Of a DNA stretch of 47,914 nt, positions 8,256 to 18,562 are shown piece after piece (position 1 is the first letter of the stretch; each line of letters opens with the position of its first letter). Made by a program: the position numbers and the translations under genes. The DNA is from a virus. Lineage: Duplodnaviria > Caudoviricetes. The DNA lies in IMG/VR virus record IMGVR_UViG_3300031946_000009, positions 1 to 47,914 of that record; one strand, given 5' to 3'. Under the pieces are notes generated by a model, which ran no database searches, had not been told where the DNA came from, and saw only the letters and a program-made list of their open reading frames with translations.

Positions 8256-11200
8256 ATTGCACCGGACCCGCATCAATGAGGCCCTTCGGCCAACCCCGAG
8301 GATAATAAGGCTCCATAGCCTCAAGGAGCGGGATATTGCTCTTCTGGGTCGGGATACCTTCTTCTGTCTTTTCCGCAACCCCCATGCGCTGTCGTGCAGA
8401 AGTCCTAAGAGCCTTCCCGGTAATAGCCTTTGCACGGGCCTCATCCGGAAGTTGGTCATTGTAATTGGCTACCGCCTCCGCGACCTTATCGGCGCCTTCG
8501 GAATCCTCGTTCTTGACCGCATCTCCGTATTGGCGGATTAAGGTCTGACGGCGCAGATCCCAGAAATCACTTGACTCCTTCAAGGCTTGAGTGCGCTCCC
8601 ACTCCTCGGTCAGGCGGCGGGGTTGGAACCCCATCGCCCGTGCGAGGATCTCGGTCATATGCTCAGTGTCCTGCGGATTGAACCGAATGGTGGTATTACC
8701 TGCGGCGTTGGTCTCCCGGCCTTGGTCGTACCACCTCCAAGCATGACTGAGAGCCCCCATCCAGTGCGGCATCAGGGGTTCATACTTCTTGAGGCTGGTA
8801 AAGTTCTCATTGCTGCTGGCGAAGTCAAACAGAGAGAAGGGAATCGCAAACGCCGCGCCGGAGGCCCGACTAAGCTGCCGCAATTCCTCTTCCCGTGGAT
8901 GGAGACTGGGGGCGAGCCCAGTGAGCTTCATAGGATCGAAGCCGAGAATATCTCCCATCCCCACGCTCTTGCTCAAATCCACCGTGGGGAACCAATTAGC
9001 TCCAACACTATGCATGACGTGAGGGATGCCAAATCCCTTCACGGCAAGCCCATGTAACAGAATATCTGGCGGAATAACATCATTCAGAACATCATGGGCG
9101 AAATGCCTGACTTCATCATCCAGATCGAAATCCTTACCGAACACCCTGCCTGCAATAGTTTTGATAATGGAGTTAACATTCTCATACCCAGCAAGACCGC
9201 CCAAGCCTCCCATTGCTCCCATAATAACCGCCCAGCGGACCGCCATTCCAGGGTTGTTCCAGAGGTTGAACAACATGTTCTGGGTGAACTGTTTGAATAT
9301 GAACGGGACCCCGAGCCTGCCCCGCATAAACGCGGGCCGAGCAAACGGCTGGTACTCGAACTGGGTAGCCTCCACCGCATGTTTGGCGGCCATGAAGGCC
9401 CCCGCCTCCTGCTTACTCCAATTTTTGCCACCTTTGGCCTCGGTATCTATCAGCTTCTGGTACAAAATTGGGTCTTGCAGAATGGCCTCTCTGACCGCCT
9501 TGTGATCGGGGCCAAACTTCATAGCCATATCCCAGGCGGCCCGGAACGCCACCCTCCGATTGTATTGCTCCGAAAGATCAAACATCCAAGAGGACGCCTC
9601 CTGGAACTTGAGCCAAGCTTTCTCGCCCTTCTTACCAAAGGCACGAAGGAGGTTGCGATCCTCAGACACAGCGGCGAGCTGATGGCCTTGTGTTTCGGAA
9701 ATGACACCCTCGTTGACCGACTCTCCGGCGGCGCGTAGCCACGCGCCCTCGGGTCCAGGAGGCGCTCCTTTGGCCTGATCCTGCATTGTGCCTTTCTTGT
9801 AGAAGTTATTCAAATCCGTGCTGGCTTTGGCCAGAGCCCGCATGGTGTGGAAATCACCGTACTTACTTGCCATCCACGGGTAGGTGCTGAGCGCGGTCTG
9901 GGTCAAATTGTTCATCGCCGCCACGGGGCTCATTCCCAGATACTGGTGGAACATCAGTCCCCGGAGCGCGGCCCAATCGGGCTTCGGATCGACCCACGCG
10001 TCGAAATGTCCCTGCATATATTTCACAATCTTGTCCAGCTTGTTCGAGCCGGTACGATCGCCAGCTCTCGCTAGACGTTCCGATGCAGATCCAAGTGATC
10101 TGATCTGGTCCCGCATTGCATCGACCCATTTGATCCTCGTTACATGGTTGGCACCGTGGAAGAAGAAGTGCGCATACGCTCGCATGAAATCCGTACTATA
10201 CCCTGGGACCAGGTCCAGGTTCCGGAACTGATGTTTGAAGGTCTGAGCCGGAGCATAGTCAAACCGAAGTTGATCCAGCGCGCCCCTTTGAGTGGCTGAC
10301 AAGCTCAGCTTGTCCCCAATCAGGTCAATCATTCCCGGAGGCATCCCAAGGAACGGAGTGACATCTTTAGGTACCATTCCAGCAAGCACTCGATCCCCTG
10401 GGAGCCGATCCTTGCTAGCTTCCAAAAGATCCTTAATCTGTCCCTGCCTCTTGAGGCTGTTGGTTTGCTCGTAATGCGTAATGTTATTCGCCTGGTCGTA
10501 GACAGTGATGCTATACTTACCGAAGTGGGTGATTGGCATGAACGGGCGCCGTAACAGCTCATCGAACCGAGAATTGATGTTAGATAAATTGTTCTGCCTC
10601 CTATTCGGGTCTTTGATGCGCAGAGCATCGTTAATCAGCAGGTTGCGATACTTCTCCAGGAACCCATCAAAGTCCGAGACGACCCCCTGAAATAGCTTGA
10701 CCCCCTGATTGCTCAATTTATGCTGATTGACCAGGTCCCGGAACTCCTGTGCATTGGGCCGATGGTCCATGTGAGCATAATCTTGGATAAAATTGGTAAG
10801 TGCAAACAGCTCCTTCTGGTTAAGTTTGGACCATTGCTCTAGTCTGCGGTGGGCCTCGCCCATAATGATATTTTTCTCCACATTCGCGTTGCGGTGCATA
10901 GAGGTATAAAGGCCGAGCTGGCGCAAATGCTGATTTAGTTGCTGGATCTGTGGGAGGGACATAAAGGTCTTGTAGAACCAGTTCATTCGGTCCCCGTGAG
11001 CAGCCATTGCATCGCCGTTCCCCCGGACCTCTGGAGGCAGGTTATCAATGATATTGCGGCCCCCAGCCGAGGACCCCTGCATTGGGACCGCTCGAGTTTC
11101 CGGAGCACCCTCTTTATCGAAGGACTCCTGTGCCTTCTTGGTGGTGTCCATATCAAATTGCTGTTTATGGGGCTCCGCCCAGTCCGTGGGAGCGCCAAAC

Positions 11201-14200
11201 TTACTATTAAGCCAATCTGCGACCGCGGCGTCCGGGTTCTCCCGGCCCCCTTGGTCCATTTGCCGGAATTTGGTGACCATCTTCCGAATAGTATTGCTGA
11301 CCTTTTTGAAAAACTTATCCACGATACCAAGAGGTTTGGCGTCCGTCTGCATCCACTTGGCGACTTGCTCAGCAAAGTATTCATCAAACCCCAGGAAGTA
11401 ATCCTTGCTGCGGGGGACCAGATCGCTCAGCTTATAATGGTCGTGCATCCCGCGGGCGCCGGTCATTAGGGAGATGGCATTATCCCGCTCCCTGCGGACC
11501 ATCCCGACCTGCCGCTGCGGGTCATTCTGCCGGGCGAGCCACTTATTATAAGAGTCCCAAATCGGAGCCTGCACCTTCCTTGGCTCTTGCTCGAACAAAT
11601 TCTCCTTAATAACATGGCCAAACTCATGGCTCATGCTGGCATAGAGGTCATGCTCGGTCATGATCCTGCTAAGATTAACATGAACCTTATAATTACCAGT
11701 TGCGGGATCAACACCTTTGGCCAAGAAGCCCCGATATTTCGCGTTCGGGTCCATCTCTTGAACAAAGTCAAAGCCCCGAGTTAGTTTGAACTCATTCGCC
11801 ATAGCATGGAAGGCCTTATCCAGCTTCTTCATAGGCTGAACAAGATGCTGCGGGGTGATGTTTTTCTCAACAAAATCGCTGAGGGTCTTAGTCCCCCGTG
11901 CAGGGTGAGATTTCACCTGGGGATCGGCGTCATAAAATGCTTGACCATGTCTGAATAGGTTTTCTGCCATCGCTGGAGATATTGTAACATACCGAAGGGG
12001 GCCTTTGACCTTATTCATGTCGAGACCCATCTCCCGGTGGAGATCTTTTAGCTGATCCAGGAAATCCCCCGGCCGCATAGCACCGTAGGGGTCATCCGGT
12101 CTCTCGTTGAAGTTGGTCTCTCCTGTCCTTTCCCCGAATTGCTTCGCAATCTTCTCAAAAGCGCTCGGAATTTTTTTATCATAATTTGCCCGCGCGCCCT
12201 CGAGCTGGGCTCGGTTTTCGAGCCTCATCCCAACCTGATCTCCATTATACCAAGCGACCCGAGTGACCCCTCGATTGGCAGCTAATTGCATGATCCTCTT
12301 GGCGAGCAGCTCGTGCCAGTTGGACTTAAACGGCAGATCGGCAATTTTGCCTCCTTCGGAAACATAGCCTTGCTTCGCAGCTTTCTGGTGGGCATCGCTC
12401 TGCATTTCTGCGACGATTGCAGTCCACTGGCCGTCCCGATCTTTCTTGAAATACATCCTTGTATGCGCGAAGGTATTCGGGTCGCTGTAATGGGAGCCGG
12501 TAAAGGTGTTCGGGTCTGCTTGCATCAGCAGGTCATTAGCCTGCTGACGGTATCTATCTTGCTCCTCCGAAGACAATCTATCCCAGTTCCTCTCCATTCC
12601 CTTGGCCGGTCCACCCCAGCCCTCTGGGCTCGCAAGGATCTCTTTAGCTTTCTGGTCAATTTGCTCAGGAGCATATTTGGGCGGAGGGGTGCGGAAGGTG
12701 ACCTCGATCGGGTTGTCTTTGAGGCCAGGTAGAGCTTGCGCCGCGTATTGAGGCCCCTCCTTAGCCGCTTTCTCGGCATCAATCCGAGCTTGTCTAAAAA
12801 CCTGCTCCATATGGCGCTGCGCACGAGGAGCCCATTGGCGCTGATTCCCCGTGCCATACGTCTCTTTGTAGTGGTCGTAAAGCTCGTTCGCTTTCGCCAT
12901 CGGGTCAATGCCTTGGTCCTGAAGGACCCGCTCCCAGACCTGAACCCGATTGGACTCAATCCATGCCATAAGGTCTTCTTTGTTCGCCTTCCCGCTGACA
13001 TCGCCAAGATATTGCGGAATGAATGCATCATTAAGCTCGGCATCCTTGACTCCGCGTTTCTTCAGGTAGGGCATAACATCTTTGACAGGCATACTGTCGG
13101 GCATATCATCCACGACCCGACCGAGCTGGCTAAAGAACGCATCGGGCTCGGTCCCCTGAAACATGGGAGCCCCATCCTTGCGGGTCTTCGGAGTAAGATC
13201 GACCTCATAACTGTGGCCATCGGCGGGAACGTCCGGGTCCCCCGGCTCTTGACCCTGTGCCACTCCCACAGGCGCCGCGGGTTCAGTACCCTCCCTAAAT
13301 CGCCGCTGGAAGCCCGGCTGCGCCGCCTGCGCCGCCTGTGCTTCCCCAATAACATCCTCGGTTGCGGTAGCTTTTTCAGGTTCTTCCCTTGACTCCCGTG
13401 CTTTACTGATTCTTTCCCCGGTCTTAAACACCTCATGGATACCCAGACCAGCGAGCCCGCCGACCGCCATGTCGGTCAAAAGCTGGTCTCCACCCGGAAG
13501 CTGTCCAGTGGTAGCCAGACTGGTAGCCACATCTTGGCTGGCCATTAGACCTGGTTGCACCAGACCTAATTGGACCATCGCCTCGGTTACTGGCCTCTGG
13601 AGACCAGCCACAATATTTTCGTTAATATAAGGGGCAAGTTTGCCCGCGAGCGCGCCGGTAATATTGAATTTACCAACTATCCCCATACCAACAGCAAACG
13701 CGGCAGATAGCCCAGATGTGGTAATAGCTTGCCGAATAGCCGCGTTCTCATCCAGTCCGCTTTGCCGCGCGGCCCGGTATGCCGAAGGCAGATTACCAAT
13801 AGCGGCTTCCGCTCCAAACGCCGCAATGCCGCCAATCGGCCCCGCGGGGGTCAACGAGGCCGCACCCGCCGCCGCCAGACCAGGGGTAACACCTCCGAGG
13901 TTACCCGCGAGCTGCGCCACCCACCAGTGGGGGTTGGTCCATCCTTCTCCAATCCCCTGTCCCAATAATTTATCTGTATAATCCTTATGCGCGGGCGTCG
14001 CCAGACCTTTTTGATATTGCTCCTCAAAACTGTGTCCTCCAACCCCAGACGGTAATAAAATCTGCATCCCCATAGCGTCGTCCGCGGCGCGCTCCGCGGC
14101 CTTGCGACCGAAGGCACTTTTGGCCACATCGATCCAGCCTGGAGGCCCAGCATTATCGTCCGGGATTTCGGGGCTCGCTGGCGGCTTTACTGGGTCCTTC

Positions 14201-14424
14201 CAATCCGGGACCTGGTTCATGTTCGGAAGGTTGCGGTCCTCATCCTCCTGTGTCCACGGCTTCGCCTGCGCCATAGACGGGAATTGGGTCTCAGCAGGCT
14301 CGCTCCAGTTAGGAACGTCCTTCATGCTAGGAAAACCAGCAAGATCCTCGTCGCTGAGGCCGAGGCTGCTACTGGCCTGGATAGGGCCGCTCTGTCTTGG
14401 GGTCATAATATACCTTGCGTCCAT
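8254..14424 (-). CDS. Large internal virion/DNA ejection polyvalent protein (2056 aa); start may be 14406
   Basis: Last gene of the virion arm, after three smaller ejection-like genes; zincin-like HEFGH...FDEYFAE; long helical C-terminal region. Confidence 0.75.
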   Translation of the reverse strand: MDARYIMTPRQSGPIQASSSLGLSDEDLAGFPSMKDVPNWSEPAETQFPSMAQAKPWTQEDEDRNLPNMNQVPDWKDPVKPPASPEIPDDNAGPPGWIDVAKSAFGRKAAERAADDAMGMQILLPSGVGGHSFEEQYQKGLATPAHKDYTDKLLGQGIGEGWTNPHWWVAQLAGNLGGVTPGLAAAGAASLTPAGPIGGIAAFGAEAAIGNLPSAYRAARQSGLDENAAIRQAITTSGLSAAFAVGMGIVGKFNITGALAGKLAPYINENIVAGLQRPVTEAMVQLGLVQPGLMASQDVATSLATTGQLPGGDQLLTDMAVGGLAGLGIHEVFKTGERISKARESREEPEKATATEDVIGEAQAAQAAQPGFQRRFREGTEPAAPVGVAQGQEPGDPDVPADGHSYEVDLTPKTRKDGAPMFQGTEPDAFFSQLGRVVDDMPDSMPVKDVMPYLKKRGVKDAELNDAFIPQYLGDVSGKANKEDLMAWIESNRVQVWERVLQDQGIDPMAKANELYDHYKETYGTGNQRQWAPRAQRHMEQVFRQARIDAEKAAKEGPQYAAQALPGLKDNPIEVTFRTPPPKYAPEQIDQKAKEILASPEGWGGPAKGMERNWDRLSSEEQDRYRQQANDLLMQADPNTFTGSHYSDPNTFAHTRMYFKKDRDGQWTAIVAEMQSDAHQKAAKQGYVSEGGKIADLPFKSNWHELLAKRIMQLAANRGVTRVAWYNGDQVGMRLENRAQLEGARANYDKKIPSAFEKIAKQFGERTGETNFNERPDDPYGAMRPGDFLDQLKDLHREMGLDMNKVKGPLRYVTISPAMAENLFRHGQAFYDADPQVKSHPARGTKTLSDFVEKNITPQHLVQPMKKLDKAFHAMANEFKLTRGFDFVQEMDPNAKYRGFLAKGVDPATGNYKVHVNLSRIMTEHDLYASMSHEFGHVIKENLFEQEPRKVQAPIWDSYNKWLARQNDPQRQVGMVRRERDNAISLMTGARGMHDHYKLSDLVPRSKDYFLGFDEYFAEQVAKWMQTDAKPLGIVDKFFKKVSNTIRKMVTKFRQMDQGGRENPDAAVADWLNSKFGAPTDWAEPHKQQFDMDTTKKAQESFDKEGAPETRAVPMQGSSAGGRNIIDNLPPEVRGNGDAMAAHGDRMNWFYKTFMSLPQIQQLNQHLRQLGLYTSMHRNANVEKNIIMGEAHRRLEQWSKLNQKELFALTNFIQDYAHMDHRPNAQEFRDLVNQHKLSNQGVKLFQGVVSDFDGFLEKYRNLLINDALRIKDPNRRQNNLSNINSRFDELLRRPFMPITHFGKYSITVYDQANNITHYEQTNSLKRQGQIKDLLEASKDRLPGDRVLAGMVPKDVTPFLGMPPGMIDLIGDKLSLSATQRGALDQLRFDYAPAQTFKHQFRNLDLVPGYSTDFMRAYAHFFFHGANHVTRIKWVDAMRDQIRSLGSASERLARAGDRTGSNKLDKIVKYMQGHFDAWVDPKPDWAALRGLMFHQYLGMSPVAAMNNLTQTALSTYPWMASKYGDFHTMRALAKASTDLNNFYKKGTMQDQAKGAPPGPEGAWLRAAGESVNEGVISETQGHQLAAVSEDRNLLRAFGKKGEKAWLKFQEASSWMFDLSEQYNRRVAFRAAWDMAMKFGPDHKAVREAILQDPILYQKLIDTEAKGGKNWSKQEAGAFMAAKHAVEATQFEYQPFARPAFMRGRLGVPFIFKQFTQNMLFNLWNNPGMAVRWAVIMGAMGGLGGLAGYENVNSIIKTIAGRVFGKDFDLDDEVRHFAHDVLNDVIPPDILLHGLAVKGFGIPHVMHSVGANWFPTVDLSKSVGMGDILGFDPMKLTGLAPSLHPREEELRQLSRASGAAFAIPFSLFDFASSNENFTSLKKYEPLMPHWMGALSHAWRWYDQGRETNAAGNTTIRFNPQDTEHMTEILARAMGFQPRRLTEEWERTQALKESSDFWDLRRQTLIRQYGDAVKNEDSEGADKVAEAVANYNDQLPDEARAKAITGKALRTSARQRMGVAEKTEEGIPTQKSNIPLLEAMEPYYPRGWPKGLIDAGPVQ

Positions 14425-15283
14425 TCACATTCTTAGCTACGGCACCCGCAGGAGGATTAAACGCTGGAGCCCCCGCCCCCGCGGCACCTGCTGATGCACC
14501 TCTTACCAGCGCATAATGTCTCTGTTGTGCGTAGCGGAGGGCTTCTTCATTCCCTGCCCTCTGGAGATCGGATTTGGAGGTAATGCCTGGAAATCTCTGT
14601 TTGACATCCTTCAGAATCCCGGCGCCCGCGACCGGATCATCGAGCCATGCTTGCCATAGCTTGTTATATGACTCCCGGTCCTGTTTACCCTCTTGCGCAG
14701 CAAGATGTTCATAATAAGTGTCAGCACCGGATTTCTTCCCGGCCGCAATCATGTGCGCCCGCGCGGTGGTCTCGTAGGCTCCAACCTCCCTTTCCTTCAG
14801 AGCCTGTTGTTCCTCAAATTTCTGCTCTTCCTGCTGCTTCTCCACATTGCGCCCTGTGGCTTCCGCGGCCGCGCCCAAGGACTCCCCGAAACCTTTACCA
14901 GACAACATGTTGACCGCAAACTGCATCAGACCTGCCCGGTTTTCTGGATGCCCAATAAACCCGTTCCAAGCATCCATGACGTGTCCGCCAGCCTGCCCTA
15001 CGGCCGAGCCCGGAGCCGCAGACGCCGCACGCTCCTCAGCAGATTGCCCTGTGGCTTTAAATGCCGCTGGGTCATAACCCGGAGGTACGCTTTTCAGGGG
15101 CTGCGGGGCCGCCGCGGCAGCTTGCCGCTCTTCCGCTGACTTCCCCCCACTAGCCGCGAAAGCATCCGGGTCAAATGCTGTACCGGCGCCTTGCGAAGAT
15201 GGCGTAATCTGAATATTGTTGCCCGGAGGCACCAGCTTCTTGAGCCTATCCCTCGTTGCTTGGTCATTGTCGTCGTCTGCCAT
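14369..15283 (-). CDS. Putative internal virion/ejection protein
   Basis: Ala/Gly/Gln-rich 304-aa ORF with TAATG coupling, in the ejectosome position. Confidence 0.6.
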   Translation of the reverse strand: MADDDNDQATRDRLKKLVPPGNNIQITPSSQGAGTAFDPDAFAASGGKSAEERQAAAAAPQPLKSVPPGYDPAAFKATGQSAEERAASAAPGSAVGQAGGHVMDAWNGFIGHPENRAGLMQFAVNMLSGKGFGESLGAAAEATGRNVEKQQEEQKFEEQQALKEREVGAYETTARAHMIAAGKKSGADTYYEHLAAQEGKQDRESYNKLWQAWLDDPVAGAGILKDVKQRFPGITSKSDLQRAGNEEALRYAQQRHYALVRGASAGAAGAGAPAFNPPAGAVAKNVNGRKVYYDPKTERPYPGQ

Positions 15284-16224
15284 TATGCTCTCCCTAACAT
15301 CTTGAGAACTGGCATAATACTAGCAGGTACCTGGCCGGTCTGGACCCCGCCAAGCATGGCTGCGAGCTGGTGAAGTGCCGGAGCCCCCGCGGGCAGCGGT
15401 CTGGGAGCCGACGGCGCCCCAATGTTGGGTGGTCGAAGCGGTTCGGGGGCCTTGACTCCCTGCATGGCTTTTCCGAGGTCACCGATGGCGTCCCCAATCT
15501 CCTGCATCTTGTTCTTCGGCTCTTTATTGAGACCTTCACCCTTGGGCTGGGGTGCGGGAGCTGGAGCTGGAGCTGCGGCAGGCGGAGGCACAGGTGCAGG
15601 AGGCGGTACTGGTGCCGGGGGCGGAACAGCTTCCGGGGGCGCCCCCGCGGCGCCAGCCGGAGGCACAGTATTGGGTTGCCCTGCCCTTACCTGCCCGACC
15701 TTCCCCGCGAGCCTATCTCTGGCTTCTTGCGGAGTTGGACCAGGAACGTTTGGCTTCTCATTCTCCTGCCCCATATGCGGGGTCCATATGTCCTCAGTGT
15801 CCGGGGACTCGGTACCTGCGAACATCTTGATCTTTTTCCCTCCCGTCGGCTGTGCTGCGGGAGTATTTGCTGGATCGGTCAGATTGAGCAATCTGCCGGT
15901 CTTAGGATCAACCCGGTAAGGACCAGCCAGCGGATCGGCGGGTCCCCCGGCGACCGAGGGTCGAGTAGACCTGCTCGGAGTCCCCACCGACTCGTTATGG
16001 TCATGAATTGCCTGCATGGTGGCGTCGTCCGGAGGTGGATGCCCCCGCGCCGCCCACTCCTGAGCTTGCGCCTGCGGGTCATGCAGGAATTTGGCCATAT
16101 CGTCCTTGTTCAGATTGGAAGCCCAATCCACCAACGGGTCGTTGGACCCGAGGTTGCCAATAGGATACGTGCTCCCAACCGGAGTATCACCTCGAGGATC
16201 AAGGTAGCCATCGTCGTCTGCCAT
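15283..16224 (-). CDS. Putative internal virion protein, Pro/Ala-rich
   Basis: RBS AGGAGG; (VPPPAP)n repeats; ejectosome position. Confidence 0.6.
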   Translation of the reverse strand: MADDDGYLDPRGDTPVGSTYPIGNLGSNDPLVDWASNLNKDDMAKFLHDPQAQAQEWAARGHPPPDDATMQAIHDHNESVGTPSRSTRPSVAGGPADPLAGPYRVDPKTGRLLNLTDPANTPAAQPTGGKKIKMFAGTESPDTEDIWTPHMGQENEKPNVPGPTPQEARDRLAGKVGQVRAGQPNTVPPAGAAGAPPEAVPPPAPVPPPAPVPPPAAAPAPAPAPQPKGEGLNKEPKNKMQEIGDAIGDLGKAMQGVKAPEPLRPPNIGAPSAPRPLPAGAPALHQLAAMLGGVQTGQVPASIMPVLKMLGRA

Positions 16225-16240
16225 GTTGTCCTCCTATGGG

Positions 16241-17143
16241 CTAGCTTCCATATCCCGTTGGCGAACCCCCGCCCATCATGGAGTTCGCCACCGGCTTCAG
16301 CAAGCTGTTCAGGAGGCCACCGCCAGCGCCGCCTCCACCTCCGAAGAGGCTTCCGGCGCCAGCCATGAGGCCCGCGGCGATCTGCCACGGTGCAGCCTGC
16401 TGGGTTGTCTGACCTGTGCTGGACACGGAGCCTCCAGGTAGCGCCGCGGCGCCCTGGGTGAGTTCCTGCGCCTGCAACAAGGGCAGCATGTATTGGAGCA
16501 TCGCAGCTTGATTATTCGCATTCAGCACATTTTGCTGCTGTTGTTGCTGAACGTCGCCAACCGCACTCTCGGTGGCCCCCGGAATCCCAAGCGATCCTGC
16601 GGTGGTCGGAGCTTGAGCAATCGCCTGATTTGTGGCGGTGAGGCCTTGTCCCAAAGCAGTATTCATGATCGAAGCTCCGGCCTGACCAGCGGCCCGCTGT
16701 GCGCCTTGCGTAGCAAGGCCCTCGGCTATACCTTCTCGGGATCCCCCGTAGTTAACACCAGATCCTGAGGCAGCGTTTCCTTGGTCCGTCGGGATCGTGT
16801 TTTGAGCAAGGTTCTGGAAGATCGGGTCGGTGGCAGCTTTAACCGCGTTCTGGACGTACGGATTGGTCCCTGGATCAAGGAACGCACCAGAGCTAAGATA
16901 TTGGTTTGTACCTGCGGCTGTTCCGACCGTATTACCCATCTGACCCGTGCTTCCGAGTACATCGGCTTGCCCCTGTTGTTGGGCTGGGGTGAAGCCAGCG
17001 ACCGCGTTGGCTCCTGTTGGCGGAGTAAAAGTGCTCCCAGCGAACTGCTGATACCCCGGCATGGCCAGATTGACCAAGCTCTGCTGTTGTGGCGTAAGGT
17101 TCTGGGTAGTCTGAGATTGGCTTTGTCCCGAGCTGGAGCCCAT
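16241..17143 (-). CDS. Putative DNA ejection (pilot-like) protein
   Basis: MGSSSGQSQSQTT start, Gln/Gly/Ala-rich, NPY and YGGSR motifs, hydrophobic Gly-rich C-terminus, as in podovirus ejection proteins. Confidence 0.7.
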   Translation of the reverse strand: MGSSSGQSQSQTTQNLTPQQQSLVNLAMPGYQQFAGSTFTPPTGANAVAGFTPAQQQGQADVLGSTGQMGNTVGTAAGTNQYLSSGAFLDPGTNPYVQNAVKAATDPIFQNLAQNTIPTDQGNAASGSGVNYGGSREGIAEGLATQGAQRAAGQAGASIMNTALGQGLTATNQAIAQAPTTAGSLGIPGATESAVGDVQQQQQQNVLNANNQAAMLQYMLPLLQAQELTQGAAALPGGSVSSTGQTTQQAAPWQIAAGLMAGAGSLFGGGGGAGGGLLNSLLKPVANSMMGGGSPTGYGS

Positions 17144-17144
17144 A

Positions 17145-17615
17145 TTAGTTCTCCACTTCTTGCTTCACAGGCTTATACAACCACACGGCGCCCACTTCGG
17201 TGCCCTTATTCCTTGCCAGTTTCCTAACAAGGCCGGGCCGAACCCGTGCGATGAGGGTGTTGCATTTGGCTTCGCGGGCCAGCCTTTGGAATACCGTGTC
17301 CATCTCGTCGATGAAATCCAGCATTCCGGGGCCGCCAGCCGCGAGGATCTCAAACGCCTTCTGTGCGGGAAAAACCAGAATTTGGGTACAAGCTATACCT
17401 TGGATCATACCATCGGTAAAGCCCCAGATTTGTAGTGCGCCCTCCCGTGCGCGGCTGTAGGTCCACTCGGTAGTGAAAAAGTCATAATATCCAGGGACCT
17501 CACCAAGGACCCTAACTATGTCTGGCCAATAATGGTCGATCTGGTCCATTGACATCAGAAAGACCTGCCTTGCGGCTTTTTTGTTTTCCTCGTAAATGGT
17601 CTGAGGTTCCATCAT
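17145..17615 (-). CDS. Hypothetical virion-module protein, possibly GNAT-like fold
   Basis: 156 aa; LQIW...AAGG...AREAKC...RPG pattern; sits before the ejection genes. Confidence 0.5.
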   Translation of the reverse strand: MMEPQTIYEENKKAARQVFLMSMDQIDHYWPDIVRVLGEVPGYYDFFTTEWTYSRAREGALQIWGFTDGMIQGIACTQILVFPAQKAFEILAAGGPGMLDFIDEMDTVFQRLAREAKCNTLIARVRPGLVRKLARNKGTEVGAVWLYKPVKQEVEN

Positions 17616-18562
17616 TGATTGCAGAACTCCAACACAAGTGCGATTCCTTGCCGACCGGCGCCGCCAGAGGCGGTATTAACTGTGGTCACCCATCCCCCTC
17701 CGCTGCCGCCAGAACCGTATCCTGTTCCAGCATTGCCATTACCGGCATTCCAGACCGGTAGACCTCCTGCTCCAAACAAGGAATTGGCTCCGTGACCCAG
17801 AGTAAGGGCATATGGCGACCCGCTGTAGGTCGAGGTATAATATCCCGAACCCCCAACATTTCCGGGGACCGCGATTATGTTCCCGGTCCCCGCCGCTGCG
17901 GGCGCGCTAGGAGCGCTAAACGCTGCGCTACTGATTCCGGGTCCTCCCGAACCCCCGTTTGCGGTGCAGAGGGCGCCAATGCTACTATTTCCGCCGTTCC
18001 CACCTGGATTGGCGCCAGCGGCTCCCGGCGTCCCTCCTGCACCGACGGTAACAGTCTGCGAGACCCCAACTGCCGCCGCAGTCGCGAGATGTTTCGAATA
18101 TCCACCAGAATTCCCTCCGCACCCAGCATAGCCTCCAGAGGCACTACCGTTATTGCAGCCACCACCAGCCCCACCACCAGCCTGGACGGTCATAAGCGCA
18201 AATAGCAGCCCGGCTGAGGGAGTATAGGTAGAAGTGCCAACCGTGGTAAATTGCTGGATTTTGATATTCTTGACCGTGGTCGAAGCGAAGCTATTCATCG
18301 GAAGCCACAAGCTTCCATTGTAGTAATACGGCCCCTCTCCCCACCCCGGATTCCAATGGGTGCCGTCGGCGTAGGCGTAGGTTCCCCGACGCGGGCGCGG
18401 GGGCGCAGTATTCCAGATATGATCCGGTTCGGTGCTCTGGAGTGCGGTCGCTACAAACCCGAACTCATCCTCCACATACTTGGCAAGGTCAAGGACGCTC
18501 TGCCCTAAGTTAATCAGGGAATCGGTCTTAATAGGGGTAAGTTTCTTGACCGTAAAAGGCAT
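17612..18562 (-). CDS. Tail-associated protein with a Gly-rich C-terminal domain
   Basis: PPRPRRGTYAYADGTHWNPG motif followed by GGGAGG/GGNGG/GYGSGGSGG repeats. Confidence 0.7.
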   Translation of the reverse strand: MPFTVKKLTPIKTDSLINLGQSVLDLAKYVEDEFGFVATALQSTEPDHIWNTAPPRPRRGTYAYADGTHWNPGWGEGPYYYNGSLWLPMNSFASTTVKNIKIQQFTTVGTSTYTPSAGLLFALMTVQAGGGAGGGCNNGSASGGYAGCGGNSGGYSKHLATAAAVGVSQTVTVGAGGTPGAAGANPGGNGGNSSIGALCTANGGSGGPGISSAAFSAPSAPAAAGTGNIIAVPGNVGGSGYYTSTYSGSPYALTLGHGANSLFGAGGLPVWNAGNGNAGTGYGSGGSGGGWVTTVNTASGGAGRQGIALVLEFCNQ

